Assembly: GCA_040905565.1 (NCBI GenBank)
Contig: JBBDRF010000018.1
Span: 1-51,931, forward strand
From: Phycisphaeraceae bacterium
Lineage (GTDB): Bacteria; Planctomycetota; Phycisphaerae; Phycisphaerales; Zrk34
Length of the DNA: 51,931 bases
Reading direction: 5' to 3'
The notes beneath the pieces were generated by a model that worked only from the letters and a program-made list of their open reading frames with translations, did no database searches and had not been told where the DNA came from. Both the position numbers and the translations under genes were made by a program. Below are positions 28,170 to 38,295 of this stretch, one piece after another. Each line of letters opens with the position of its first letter. The first letter of the stretch is position 1.

Positions 28170-30518
28170 ATGCCCGACCTGCTGGGACAATGGATGTATC
28201 AGCCCGCGCTGCCGCCGATGCAGGTGCTGGCGATTGTGGCGCTGCTGCTGGGGCTTACGGTCTTCGCTTACTTCCGATCGGCGGGCGATCGACCGGCTGC
28301 GGCGGCGGGGTTTGGGGGCATGCGGGTGCTGGCGGTCCTGCTACTCGGTGCCCTGCTGATGGGACCCAGCGTGATCCCCGAAGCAGACGAAGAACAAACC
28401 GCCCGAGCTACCCTCACCGTGATGCTCGACACCTCCACCTCAATGCTAACCCCCCCCACCCCCCCCACCAGTTCCCGCAGCGCCCCCCCCACCTTGTCCC
28501 GCAGTGATTCCAGCACGGATTCCAGTTCCGGCACGACCGAGGGCGCGACACGCTTTGAGCATCTGACGGAGCATTGGCTGAATGCGCAGCAGCTTGCGGG
28601 TCTTGATGAGCACTTTGATGTTCGGCTGCTCGGCTTCGACACAGCCGGCCGCCCCCTCTCTGCGGACCAGCTCGCACAGCCGGCGGCGGAGGTGGCGGTG
28701 GGGTCAGGCACGCGCTATGCCGAGTCGTTGACGACGGCGCTGCTTGATCTGGATCGGGCGACGCGTGGCGAGCCGGCGGAACTGCTGCTGCTGGGCGACG
28801 GCCATGACACGACGGATGCTTCTTTGAATGCGGCGGCGGCGTTTGCGGCTGAGCGTGGCATTGCGGTGCATACGGTGGCGGTGGGCTCGCAGCGGCAGCC
28901 TCCGAACGTGGCGGTGGTGGCGCTGCCGAGGCAGGAGTACCTGCTGATCGAGGAGCAGGGGCAGTTGATTGTGCAGGTGCATCAGGGCGGGCTGAATGAC
29001 GCGACGGTGCAGCTGTACGTTGAATCCGACGGCGAACGCATCGAGCGGACCATCGATTTCGCAGGTCGGCGTTCGGTGACGGTCGACATTCCCATCGAGC
29101 ACGAGCAGCCGGGCGTTTATGCGTATGACGTGCATGTTGAGCCGTTGCCGGGTGAGGTGGCGACGGCTGACAATCAGCAGCGGGCGTTTGTGGAGGTGCT
29201 CGATCGCAGCATGCGTGTGTTGATCCTGGAGGGCGAGCCTTATTGGGATACGAAGTTCCTGGCCCAGTCCCTTCGGCGGGATGCGAGGCTGGAGCTGACG
29301 CAGATCACGCAGGTTTCGACGCAGCGGCAGGAAGGCATCGTGACGCGCACCGGTGCTGAGGCGACGGTGCCGACGAGCGTGGAAGCGTTCGCAGCTTATG
29401 ACGTGGTGATTTTAGGCCGGCAGGTGGAAGCGGTGCTGGATGCGGAGGGGCTGGCAGCCCTGCGGGACTGGGTGCTTGATGAGGGCGGGCAGCTGGTGCT
29501 GGCGCGCGGGCGTCCGTATGCGTTGACGAGCAATGCGGGGCGAACGGCGGGGGAGATTCTGAGCATGGTGGAGCCGGTGCGGTGGCACGAGGGGCTGGTG
29601 CGCAACGTGCCGTTATCGCTGACGCCGGCCGGCCGATCGAGCCCGCTGTTTTCGATGGCGGGATTGAATGCCGACCTTGATGACGCGTTTGCGACGCTGC
29701 CGCCGATGCGGGTGATTTATGCGGTCGATTCGCTGAAGCCTGCCGCGCTGGTGCTGGCGAGGCTGGGGCCGGGGCAACGCGTGGGGCGAGGCGATGACGA
29801 ATCCGCCTCGGCACCGGCGATCGTGGAGATGAACGTGGGCAGCGGGCGCGTGCTGGCGCTGCTGGGCGAGGGGCTGTGGAAGTGGCGGCTGCTGGCGCCG
29901 AACCTGGCGGAGTACGACGGCATCTTTGATGCGTTCTGGTCGAACGCGGTGCGGTATCTGGCAGCGGGCAGTGAGTTTCAGCCGGGCGAGAATGTGACGT
30001 TGCAACTGGGGCGGTCGATCGTGCAGGCGGGCGATCCTCTGACGGTGGATGTGGTGTTGCGCCATGCCCCGCCGCCGGGTTTTGATCCGACGGTGACACT
30101 GACCGCACCGGACGGGCAGATGCAGGACGTGACGCCGACGCTTCGCCCCGGCGCTCGCAACCGTTACCGGGCGACGGTGCATCCCGATGCGGTGGGCGTC
30201 TGGCGTGCTTCGCTTGAAGCGGCTGAGTTGCAGCCGACGCAGCAGGAACGGCCGTTCAGTGTTTATCAGCTTGATCTCGAACGGTTGCGTAGCGAGGCTC
30301 GGCCGCAGGTTCTGCGGGATCTTTCCGAGCGGACGGGTGGGCTGTTTTTCGATGCTGCGGAGCCGGTGAATCTGGCCGAGCAATTGGAGCGTCGGCGGAC
30401 TTCGCAACGGGTGCCCCCGAGTGCGGAATATATCTGGGATAGCGGGCTGATCCTTTTGCTCCTGGTGCTATGGTTGGGCCTAGAATGGGTCGGTCGGCGG
30501 CGGCTGGGTTGGTTGTAG
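28170..30518 (+). CDS. vWA plus class-I GATase-like membrane protein
   Basis: Two N-terminal TMs, DTSTSM, LGDGHD, RVLILEGEP.W, and C-terminal LGLEWVGRRRLG. Confidence 0.8.
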   Translation: MPDLLGQWMYQPALPPMQVLAIVALLLGLTVFAYFRSAGDRPAAAAGFGGMRVLAVLLLGALLMGPSVIPEADEEQTARATLTVMLDTSTSMLTPPTPPTSSRSAPPTLSRSDSSTDSSSGTTEGATRFEHLTEHWLNAQQLAGLDEHFDVRLLGFDTAGRPLSADQLAQPAAEVAVGSGTRYAESLTTALLDLDRATRGEPAELLLLGDGHDTTDASLNAAAAFAAERGIAVHTVAVGSQRQPPNVAVVALPRQEYLLIEEQGQLIVQVHQGGLNDATVQLYVESDGERIERTIDFAGRRSVTVDIPIEHEQPGVYAYDVHVEPLPGEVATADNQQRAFVEVLDRSMRVLILEGEPYWDTKFLAQSLRRDARLELTQITQVSTQRQEGIVTRTGAEATVPTSVEAFAAYDVVILGRQVEAVLDAEGLAALRDWVLDEGGQLVLARGRPYALTSNAGRTAGEILSMVEPVRWHEGLVRNVPLSLTPAGRSSPLFSMAGLNADLDDAFATLPPMRVIYAVDSLKPAALVLARLGPGQRVGRGDDESASAPAIVEMNVGSGRVLALLGEGLWKWRLLAPNLAEYDGIFDAFWSNAVRYLAAGSEFQPGENVTLQLGRSIVQAGDPLTVDVVLRHAPPPGFDPTVTLTAPDGQMQDVTPTLRPGARNRYRATVHPDAVGVWRASLEAAELQPTQQERPFSVYQLDLERLRSEARPQVLRDLSERTGGLFFDAAEPVNLAEQLERRRTSQRVPPSAEYIWDSGLILLLLVLWLGLEWVGRRRLGWL

Positions 30519-30534
30519 GGGACGTTGGATTTTT

Positions 30535-33405
30535 ATGGCTGCAACGCTCGAAAGTCTGCTTCATCGTGTTCAACGGCTGCAGCGCCGCGATGCGATGCTG
30601 CGCGCCGCAGCGGTAGGCGCGGCCTCGCTCGGCTCGGCGGTGCTGCTGGCGGTGCTGATTGATGCGACGTTCGCGCTGCCGTTGATCGGGCTGGTGCTGG
30701 TGAACGTGCTGTTGATCGGCGTGCTGGTCGTCGGCATCGCATTGTTGGCCCGGGCATGGCGCGCGACGCAGTACGAGCCCCGCCGTCTCGCCCGGCTGCT
30801 GGAACGGCGACTGAATATCGAAGACAGCCGCTTCATCAACGCCGTCGATTTCGATGCCCAGCAGACGAACCTGGAGGGAAGCGCGGCGGACGTGAGCGCT
30901 GAGCTTCGACGCCTTGCGGTGAAGCATGGCGAATCGGCAGCGGACACCGTGGCGGCAGGGACGACGGTTGACGCCACACCGACGAAGCGGGCGCTGACCG
31001 TGCTGATGGGCGTGATGGTGGTGTTGCTAATGGTGGGCGTGATCGCACCCCGGCTGTACACGATGGGCCTGCCGCGGCTGCTGAACCCGGCTGGCGATCA
31101 TCCGCCGTTCACGCTGTTGAACTTTGACATTGCCACCAGCCCTGACCCGCTGCACCACGGTTACGACGCGGTCATTGAAGCGAACATCACGGGGCCGACG
31201 CAGCCGACACGGGCAGCGGTGCACTTTCTGCCGCAGTCGAAGGGCGCCTCGGCGGAGCGCGTGGCGATGCTCCGCGCGGGCGATGGCCGTTTCACGTTAC
31301 CGCTTGAAGCGGCCACGCAGTCACGGCGGTTTTACATCGAAACCGCCGACGGTCGCAGCGGCGTGCACGACCTGCATGTGCTGCCCACGCCGACGTTCAA
31401 AGCGGTCACCGTTGATTATGCGTACCCGGATTACACGGGGTGGCCGGCCGCGTCGCGATCGCTCAGTGAGCAGGGCATTCGGGCGGTGAGGGGAACGGAG
31501 ATCAAACTGACAGTGCGGTCGAATTTGCCGCTGGATCACGGGCGCTGGAAGGTGGACGACGGCGAGGCTTTGAAGCTTGCGCCGGATGCGGACGATCCGA
31601 CGGTGGCGCGTGGTTCGTTCACGCTCAGCCGTAGCGGGTCGTTCGAGCTTTCGCTTATCGCAGCCGACGGTCACGAGAGTTTGCAGACGCTGAGCGGGCC
31701 GGTGGAGGCTGTGGCGGATGATGAGCCGTTCGTGCAGATCATCGACCCGGACCTTCGGCTGATTGCCCCGCCGGGCTGGTCGGTGCCGATCCGCGCTTTG
31801 GCCACGGACGACGTGGGCATCAGCCGTATGGTGCTGCATCAATCGCTGAATCGTGGGGAGGCGCAGGAGACGCCGCTGGCGGTGGATCGGCGTCGCAACG
31901 GGCAAGCGGCGGAGGGTTCGCAGACCATCTCGCTGGCGAGCATGGAGGCCGAGGCGGGCGACACGCTGCGGGGTTTTGTCACCGCGTACGACGCCCAGCC
32001 GGACCGGCCGAATGCTGCGGATTCGGAGACGTTCACCATCCGCATCGTGACAGACGAAGAGTACCGCGAGCTGGCGCGCCAGCAGTACCGGGCGGAGCAG
32101 ATCGCAGCCGAGATTCAGCAGCTTCGCGATCAGCAGGAGGCTTTGACCGAACAGCGCGACGCGTTGGTCGAGGAGCTTGAACAACTTCAGGAACGTCTTG
32201 GCGACGACGGTGCGACCGATGCCGAGCGCGAAGAGATGGCGGCGCTGCAGCAGCAGATTGAAGCTTACGCCGACCGGCTGGATGAGCTGGCTGACGCGAT
32301 GCGCGAGCGGGCGGAGCAGTACGATCTATACACCTTCGAAGCCCCCTACCGCGAGATGCTCGAGCAGATGGCTGAGCAGATGGAAGCCGAGGCCGCAGCC
32401 GCCCGCGAAGCTTCGGGCTCGCTGGGCGAGGGTTCACCCGAAGCCGTCGACGCGGCCATCGCTGCCTTGCGCGATCAGCAGGAGCAGGCGGGGCAACGGC
32501 AGGAACAGCTTGAACGCACGGAGCGTCAGCTTCGCCAGCTCGCAGCGGCTCAGCGTCTTCAAGCAGCTGTGCAACAGATCGTCGCCATCACCGAACAGCA
32601 GCGCGACCTCAGCGATCGGCTCAGCCCCTACGCAGAGACCGGGCAGTTGGAAGCTGACGAGCTGAGCCGGGCGGCTGGCCTCGGCAACGAACAGCACACG
32701 CTGCGCGAGGAGCTCGGCCGGGTGCTTGAGGATCTTGAAGCCGCCGCTGCGGACGCGGAGCCGTTGCTGCCGACGATGGCGAATTCGGGCACCGCCATCG
32801 CCGACCAAATCCGCGAGCTTCAGGTGGAACAGGATCAGCAGGCGGCCGGGCGTTTTGCCCTTGAAGGCGCGGGCAACTGGGCATCGACCCACGCCGACGC
32901 TGCGGCGACGAACCTGGAATCCCTGCTCTCGCAATGTGAAGCGATGGGCAGCGGCGAAAGCCTTGGCGAGATCGACAACCCGCTCAGCCTCAGTGAATCG
33001 CAGATGGCCCAGTGCATGAGCGAGATGGCCTCGGCGAACCAGGCGCCCGGCCAAGGGCAGAGCGCCGGTTCGGGGCAGGGCACAGCGGGGTCGGGCGGCA
33101 CGGCTGCGGGTGGTGAGGGGCAGGTCGGGCCGGGCTCGCAGTTGGATGGTTTCACCGCTGCTTCGCCGAATCCGAACGCCGGTGCGTCAGCCGCGGCCAG
33201 CCCCTTCGACGGTGAGGCCGACGGCTTCGGCACAGCCGGGCAGGGCTCAGGTCGCGCTGAAGATCGCCCCGGATCCGCAGAGACGATCAACATTGCCGAC
33301 CCTGACCGCCGCCGATCGGCGCCGCCCCATGCTGCAGGCGTACCGCTACAATTCCGTGACATGACCCAGCAATACTTCCGCCGTCTCGCTGACGACAGCC
33401 GATGA
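30535..33405 (+). CDS. DUF4175-like membrane-anchored coiled-coil protein
   Basis: Three TMs, Ig-like repeats (YPDYTGW; ATDDVGI), long Q/E-rich coiled coil, Gly-rich tail ending VP..FR...QYFRRL. Confidence 0.75.
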   Translation: MAATLESLLHRVQRLQRRDAMLRAAAVGAASLGSAVLLAVLIDATFALPLIGLVLVNVLLIGVLVVGIALLARAWRATQYEPRRLARLLERRLNIEDSRFINAVDFDAQQTNLEGSAADVSAELRRLAVKHGESAADTVAAGTTVDATPTKRALTVLMGVMVVLLMVGVIAPRLYTMGLPRLLNPAGDHPPFTLLNFDIATSPDPLHHGYDAVIEANITGPTQPTRAAVHFLPQSKGASAERVAMLRAGDGRFTLPLEAATQSRRFYIETADGRSGVHDLHVLPTPTFKAVTVDYAYPDYTGWPAASRSLSEQGIRAVRGTEIKLTVRSNLPLDHGRWKVDDGEALKLAPDADDPTVARGSFTLSRSGSFELSLIAADGHESLQTLSGPVEAVADDEPFVQIIDPDLRLIAPPGWSVPIRALATDDVGISRMVLHQSLNRGEAQETPLAVDRRRNGQAAEGSQTISLASMEAEAGDTLRGFVTAYDAQPDRPNAADSETFTIRIVTDEEYRELARQQYRAEQIAAEIQQLRDQQEALTEQRDALVEELEQLQERLGDDGATDAEREEMAALQQQIEAYADRLDELADAMRERAEQYDLYTFEAPYREMLEQMAEQMEAEAAAAREASGSLGEGSPEAVDAAIAALRDQQEQAGQRQEQLERTERQLRQLAAAQRLQAAVQQIVAITEQQRDLSDRLSPYAETGQLEADELSRAAGLGNEQHTLREELGRVLEDLEAAAADAEPLLPTMANSGTAIADQIRELQVEQDQQAAGRFALEGAGNWASTHADAAATNLESLLSQCEAMGSGESLGEIDNPLSLSESQMAQCMSEMASANQAPGQGQSAGSGQGTAGSGGTAAGGEGQVGPGSQLDGFTAASPNPNAGASAAASPFDGEADGFGTAGQGSGRAEDRPGSAETINIADPDRRRSAPPHAAGVPLQFRDMTQQYFRRLADDSR

Positions 33406-33416
33406 GGAGCCACGCC

Positions 33417-34103
33417 ATGACCATCACCCGCCGCCCCCTCGCCATCACGCTTATGCTCGCCCTGACGTTGCCGATGTTCTTTGCTGTGAGTGGTCAGTCG
33501 GCTGAGCCGGACGAGCCGGGCGTCGTCCGCGTGGCGAACCTGATCTATGCGCGGAACAAGAGTTCGCAATGTTTCGCCGACCACTTCCTGGCCGACGTGG
33601 AAGCGGAGACGCATGTGACGACGGCGCGCAGTTTCGACGCGGTGCACCTGGAAAGCGAGGAGCTTTACGATTTTCCCTTCGCCATCATGACCGGCGAGGG
33701 GGCCTTCACCCTCACGCCCGATCAGCGTGAGAACCTGCGCAGTTATCTCACCAACGGCGGGTTCCTCGTGGCCAGCGCCGGTTGCAGTTCGCAGCCGTGG
33801 AAATCCAGCTTCCGCCGTGAGATTGCACGCGTGTTCTCCGACGTGGCGCTCGAGCCGATCCCCAGCGACCATGCCGTTTTTTCGACGGTCTACGAGATCG
33901 ACGAACTCAAGACCAAGCGGACGAACGTGACCGGGGAACTTGAAGGGCTGATCGTCGACGGTCGCATCGTTGCGATCTTTTCGGAGCAGGGCCTGAACGA
34001 TACCGCGAATGCCGGTTCCAACTGCTGCTGCTGCGGCGGCAACGAGATCACCAACGCACGTCAGATGAACGTGAACCTGCTGACCTACGCCCTCACGCAC
34101 TGA
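33417..34103 (+). CDS. Exported DUF4159-family protein
   Basis: Signal peptide; PFAIMTG, LRSYLTNGGFL, IPSDHAVF, VNLLTYAL; GAGGAG SD. Confidence 0.8.
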   Translation: MTITRRPLAITLMLALTLPMFFAVSGQSAEPDEPGVVRVANLIYARNKSSQCFADHFLADVEAETHVTTARSFDAVHLESEELYDFPFAIMTGEGAFTLTPDQRENLRSYLTNGGFLVASAGCSSQPWKSSFRREIARVFSDVALEPIPSDHAVFSTVYEIDELKTKRTNVTGELEGLIVDGRIVAIFSEQGLNDTANAGSNCCCCGGNEITNARQMNVNLLTYALTH

Positions 34104-34145
34104 GGCGCATCGGCGGCCGGCGCAGGGTGTGCTATCATCCCGGCC

Positions 34146-34793
34146 ATGACTTCCCAAAGCACGCTTAACGTTCTGCCGTTCACGCTTGGCGACTGGCAGA
34201 CCAACTGCTACCTCACCTATGTCGAAGGTTCGCGGAACTGCTGGCTGATCGATGCGGGCTTCGGGCCGCAGCCGATGATCGACGCGGTGCGCGAGCGCGG
34301 GCTGGAACCTTCGATGCTGATTCTGACGCACGCGCACCTCGACCACATCGCAGGCGTTCATGAAGTTCGCCAGGCCTTTCCGGACCTGCCGATCGCGATC
34401 CATAGTGCGGAGCAGGCGTTCCTGACGGACCCGAAGCTGAACCTGTCCGCTGCGATCGGTATGGATCTCACCGCCCCGCCCGCCGATCGGCTTCTTGAGC
34501 ATGGCGAGACGCTGATGCTCGACGGCCTGAGTTTTGAGATCCGTCATACGCCTGGCCACAGCCCCGGGGGCATCAGTCTGTATCAGCCGGACAGCCGCGT
34601 CGCGTTCGTCGGTGATGCGCTGTTCGCAGGCTCCATCGGCCGAACGGATTTCCCGACGTCGGACCATGACACGCTGATCAGCGCCATCCGCGAGCAGCTT
34701 CTCTCGCTCCCCGACGACGTCCAGATTTTCCCCGGCCACATGGGCCCGAGCACCATCGGGCACGAACGGCAAGCCAATCCGTTCCTCCAATGA
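34146..34793 (+). CDS. MBL-fold metallo-hydrolase (glyoxalase II-like)
   Basis: THAHLDH, HTPGHSPG, GDALFAGSIGRTD, PGH and NPFL. Confidence 0.93.
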   Translation: MTSQSTLNVLPFTLGDWQTNCYLTYVEGSRNCWLIDAGFGPQPMIDAVRERGLEPSMLILTHAHLDHIAGVHEVRQAFPDLPIAIHSAEQAFLTDPKLNLSAAIGMDLTAPPADRLLEHGETLMLDGLSFEIRHTPGHSPGGISLYQPDSRVAFVGDALFAGSIGRTDFPTSDHDTLISAIREQLLSLPDDVQIFPGHMGPSTIGHERQANPFLQ

Positions 34794-34866
34794 CGCAGCC
34801 GCCGTCTGAACCGGTAGAATGCGGGGCCTGAGTTTCACCCCAACGCCTTTCTGACGGGACCGACGG

Positions 34867-36477
34867 ATGGCCCGGTTACGCATCAGCCTCGCCAACAAGT
34901 GCCAGCTTCTCTTCGGCCTCGCCGTGCTGTTGATTCTCACAGCGGCGCTGACCATGCCGTGGTTCCGCATGCAGAAGCTGGTCGATGAGGGCCAGCGCGA
35001 AATCGCCCGCAAACTCGCCGATGCCTGGCTTGAAGATCTCATCCAGCTCGGCGGCACGTTCTCGCCCACACGCCCGCTCCCCCCACCGCTCTCCGAAGAC
35101 GACAGCCTGCCCCTCCGCATGCGGCTGTACGATCAGCTCGAACTCGACAGCGTGAGCGATCCGTTCGTCGGCGAAGGCATGAACCACTTCGAAACCTATC
35201 CCGGCGCTCGCGACGTGTTCAAAGCGGTGCGCGATCAGGAGGGGCAGTGGGTTTACCGGTACCTGCGAGCGGTGCGGCAAAGCGACCTGGATCGCACGCG
35301 CGGCGGCTTCGGGCCCACGCTCACCACCACGCAGATCGCCGACCCGGTGCGGGCGCTGCTGCTGATCGAGATGCGCGCCGAATGGGCCCAGACGCAGCTT
35401 CGGCTGAACGCTGTCTACCTCGCCACGGCGGGGCTGCTGGCCGGCCTGCTCGCCATTGCCGTGTTCTGGCTGATCACCACCCGGCTGATCCTCTCGCCCG
35501 TCCGCGTGCTGCGGGATACTGCCGAAAAGGTGGCGGAGGGGGACCTGAACATCCGGTCGGACATCAACACCGGCGACGAGTTCGAACAGCTTTCCGAGAC
35601 GTTCAACACGATGCTTGCGAACCTGAAAAGGTCGCAGGACAAGCTTCGCGATCTGAACAAACAGCTGGACCTGAAGCTGGGTGAGCTGGCCCGTTCGAAC
35701 CTGTCGCTGTACGAAGCGAACCGGGTGAAGGGCGACTTCCTGGCGAACGTTTCGCATGAGCTTCGCACGCCTTTGAACTCGATCATCGGGTTTGCGGAGG
35801 TGATGGCCGAGTCGCTGGAGAGCGACCCCGCCACGCCCGCATCGGAGAAGCGCCGTCGGTACGTCGATCACATTCTCACCTCAAGCCGTTCGCTGCTGGC
35901 GATGATCTCGGACCTTCTGGACCTGGCGAAGATCGAAGCGGGGCGTGTGGATTTGCACATCGAAACGCTGAACGTGTTCGAGACGTGCGACGCGCTGCTG
36001 AATCTGATTCGCCCGCAGGCCGACCGCGAGGGGATCACGCTTCGGCTTTCCGTGCCGCGTGGCCTGCCCGCCATTCAGACCGATCCGGGCAAGTTTCAGC
36101 AGATTATCTTCAATTTCCTGGCCAATGCGGTGAAGTTCACACCGCGTGGCGGGCGGGTCGAGCTTGGCGCGATGGCCGACGACGGGGACGGTCTAACCGG
36201 GTCGGTCGCCGTGTGGGTACGCGACACGGGGCCGGGCATTCCGGTGGAGATGCATGAAGCGGTGTTTGAGAAGTTTCGGCAGTTGGAATCGTCCCACACC
36301 AAGCAGCACGGCGGGACGGGGCTGGGCCTCGCGATCAGCCGGGAGCTGGCGCGGATGCTTGAGGGGCGGATCGAACTGGAAAGCGATCAGGGCCGCGGGG
36401 CGACGTTCACACTGACGATCCCGATGACACTGCAGGATGACGGCGAAGCGCTGGCGTCGCATCAGGCGGACAAGTGA
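34867..36477 (+). CDS. Membrane HAMP sensor histidine kinase (HisKA/HATPase)
   Basis: Two TMs, HAMP, SHELRTPLN, NAVKFT, DTGPGI and GTGLGL. Confidence 0.94.
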   Translation: MARLRISLANKCQLLFGLAVLLILTAALTMPWFRMQKLVDEGQREIARKLADAWLEDLIQLGGTFSPTRPLPPPLSEDDSLPLRMRLYDQLELDSVSDPFVGEGMNHFETYPGARDVFKAVRDQEGQWVYRYLRAVRQSDLDRTRGGFGPTLTTTQIADPVRALLLIEMRAEWAQTQLRLNAVYLATAGLLAGLLAIAVFWLITTRLILSPVRVLRDTAEKVAEGDLNIRSDINTGDEFEQLSETFNTMLANLKRSQDKLRDLNKQLDLKLGELARSNLSLYEANRVKGDFLANVSHELRTPLNSIIGFAEVMAESLESDPATPASEKRRRYVDHILTSSRSLLAMISDLLDLAKIEAGRVDLHIETLNVFETCDALLNLIRPQADREGITLRLSVPRGLPAIQTDPGKFQQIIFNFLANAVKFTPRGGRVELGAMADDGDGLTGSVAVWVRDTGPGIPVEMHEAVFEKFRQLESSHTKQHGGTGLGLAISRELARMLEGRIELESDQGRGATFTLTIPMTLQDDGEALASHQADK

Positions 36478-36506
36478 TCGTGATGTTTCGCATGTTGGGG
36501 GATAGC

Positions 36507-36791
36507 TCAGAGCATGCCGGGAAGGGTCTTGTCGACCTCGGGGAAGTACCGGCGAATGATGGCGCAGTCGAAGCGTGGCAGGATGGCGGTGGCCGGCTCG
36601 CGTTCGAGCAGGAAGTTCATGGCTGCCTGGACGACGCGTTCGGGGGCGACCTGGCCTCGGCTCCAGAGATCGTAATCGGACCAGCTGAGCGTGACGTCGT
36701 AGGCGTGGGTTCGGCCGTCGTCGTCGATCTCAACGTGGAACGTCCAGCCGCGGCTGCTGTCGGATTCGGTTTTGACGGTAATATCTGCCAT
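36507..36791 (-). CDS. Small conserved-looking hypothetical protein
   Basis: 94 aa from ATG 36791 with AGGGG SD; FLLEREP...IRRYFPE motif. Confidence 0.7.
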   Translation of the reverse strand: MADITVKTESDSSRGWTFHVEIDDDGRTHAYDVTLSWSDYDLWSRGQVAPERVVQAAMNFLLEREPATAILPRFDCAIIRRYFPEVDKTLPGML

Positions 36792-36884
36792 AGCGTTTCC
36801 CCTGTCGTGCCGACGATCGGCATCGGCCCTACCATATCCGCCGCAACGGCCAATCGCGAACTCTAGACCCACCGACGAGCAAAG

Positions 36885-38225
36885 ATGAGCAAACCGAAAG
36901 TTTCCCAGATCAGCCCCGCGCGTCAGGCTGTGATTGATACGCTGACCCGGCAGGTTCGCCACGAGGACGAGATGCCGGTGCTGACGCTGGACGTTAAGAA
37001 GCTGACGCCGCGTGATGCGGGCCTTGCCGTGGCGATCCATCGCACTTGCCTGCAGCGGTGGTTGACGCTGCGGTATCTGCTCAAGCAGTGTGCGCATCGG
37101 TGGCCCCGCGCGATGCAGCCGGCTCTGGAAGCGGCGATGATCAGCGGCGCGGCGCAGCTGCTTTTTATGGACAAGATGCCGGCTCATGCGGTGGTGCATG
37201 ACTCGGTCGAGATCGTGAAGCGGCGAGTGCGACGGCAGACGGCGGCGTACGCGAATGCGGTGCTTCGCCGGATCGCCGACCTCGCTGCGGAGCGTCATGA
37301 GCATGTGGGGTATCAGCCGTCGGTGACGACCCTGCCTTGGCGCGACGGCTATCTGAAGATCAGTCGCCCGCTGCTGCCGCCTTTGAAGGAGTTGGATCGG
37401 CATCGGATGGTGGCGACGAGTCATCCGTTGATGCTGACCAAGCGTTGGCGTGAGCAGTTCGGGACAGAGGTTTCGCTTGAGCTGTTGCTGCACAGCCTGG
37501 TGAATGCGCCGACCATTGTGCGTGATGCGCCGGACGCCCCGCCGCCACCGGCCGAACTCGCCAAGCCGCACGAACAAGCGGGGTTTTACGTGTGGCAGGG
37601 CGATCATGATCAACTGCGAAGTTACCTGGAAGCCTCGCCGACGCGGTGGGTGCAGGACCCTGCTTCGGCGGCACCGGTGGGTTCGACCGCTTCGCTCGAG
37701 CCGGGCATCATCGTGGATTACTGTGCGGGGATGGGGACGAAGACGCGCCAGTTGGCGCTGGAGCATCCGAAGGCGACGATTTACGCGTCGGATCCCGATC
37801 CGCATCGGCTGGCGGAACTGGAGCGCAGCTTTGCGGGGCATCCGCAGGTGCAGGTGATGGAGCATGGGCAGCTGCGTGGCCGCGTGGGTGAGGCTGATCT
37901 GCTGGTGCTGGATGTGCCCTGCTCGAATACAGCGGTGCTGGCCAGACGACTTGAAGCGCGATATCGGTTCAATGCGGAGACGCTTGAGTCGGTGACCGAG
38001 CTTCAGCGAGAGATTATCTGCGAATCGGCAGCCACGCTTCGGCCGGGCGGGCATCTGCTCTATAGCACCTGCAGTTTGGAACCGGAAGAGAATCAGCAGC
38101 AGGCGCAGTTTGCTGCCGAACACCTCGATGCCACAGTGCAGCATGAACAGCAACTGCTGCCCAGCGGCACGGGCACGGCCTATCACGACGGCTCATACCA
38201 TGCGCTGCTGACGCGGCGGGGTTGA
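36885..38225 (+). CDS. rsmB: RsmB/Sun-like RNA m5C methyltransferase with NusB-like N-domain
   Basis: HAVVHDSV..NAVLRR (NusB-like), VQD, DYCAGMGTKT, DVPCS and YSTCS catalytic cysteines. Confidence 0.8.
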   Translation: MSKPKVSQISPARQAVIDTLTRQVRHEDEMPVLTLDVKKLTPRDAGLAVAIHRTCLQRWLTLRYLLKQCAHRWPRAMQPALEAAMISGAAQLLFMDKMPAHAVVHDSVEIVKRRVRRQTAAYANAVLRRIADLAAERHEHVGYQPSVTTLPWRDGYLKISRPLLPPLKELDRHRMVATSHPLMLTKRWREQFGTEVSLELLLHSLVNAPTIVRDAPDAPPPPAELAKPHEQAGFYVWQGDHDQLRSYLEASPTRWVQDPASAAPVGSTASLEPGIIVDYCAGMGTKTRQLALEHPKATIYASDPDPHRLAELERSFAGHPQVQVMEHGQLRGRVGEADLLVLDVPCSNTAVLARRLEARYRFNAETLESVTELQREIICESAATLRPGGHLLYSTCSLEPEENQQQAQFAAEHLDATVQHEQQLLPSGTGTAYHDGSYHALLTRRG

Positions 38226-38237
38226 ACGCGTCAAAAG

Positions 38238-38270
38238 AAAAAGCCCCTGGCGAGGGATGCCAGGGGCTTT
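38238..38270. terminator. Terminator between convergent rsmB and HEAT-repeat genes
   Basis: AAAAAGCCCCTGGC / GCCAGGGGCTTT. Confidence 0.8.
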
Positions 38271-38295
38271 GCTGGTTTTTAGTTGCGTCACCGAT

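Noticed and set aside
32835..35120. Long antisense or alternate-frame ORFs (for example 32835-35120, 21743-23422, 38863-40494, 45621-47201, 10090-11121)
   Set aside because: They overlap well-supported genes and lack motifs; they are shadow ORFs expected from high GC and codon bias.
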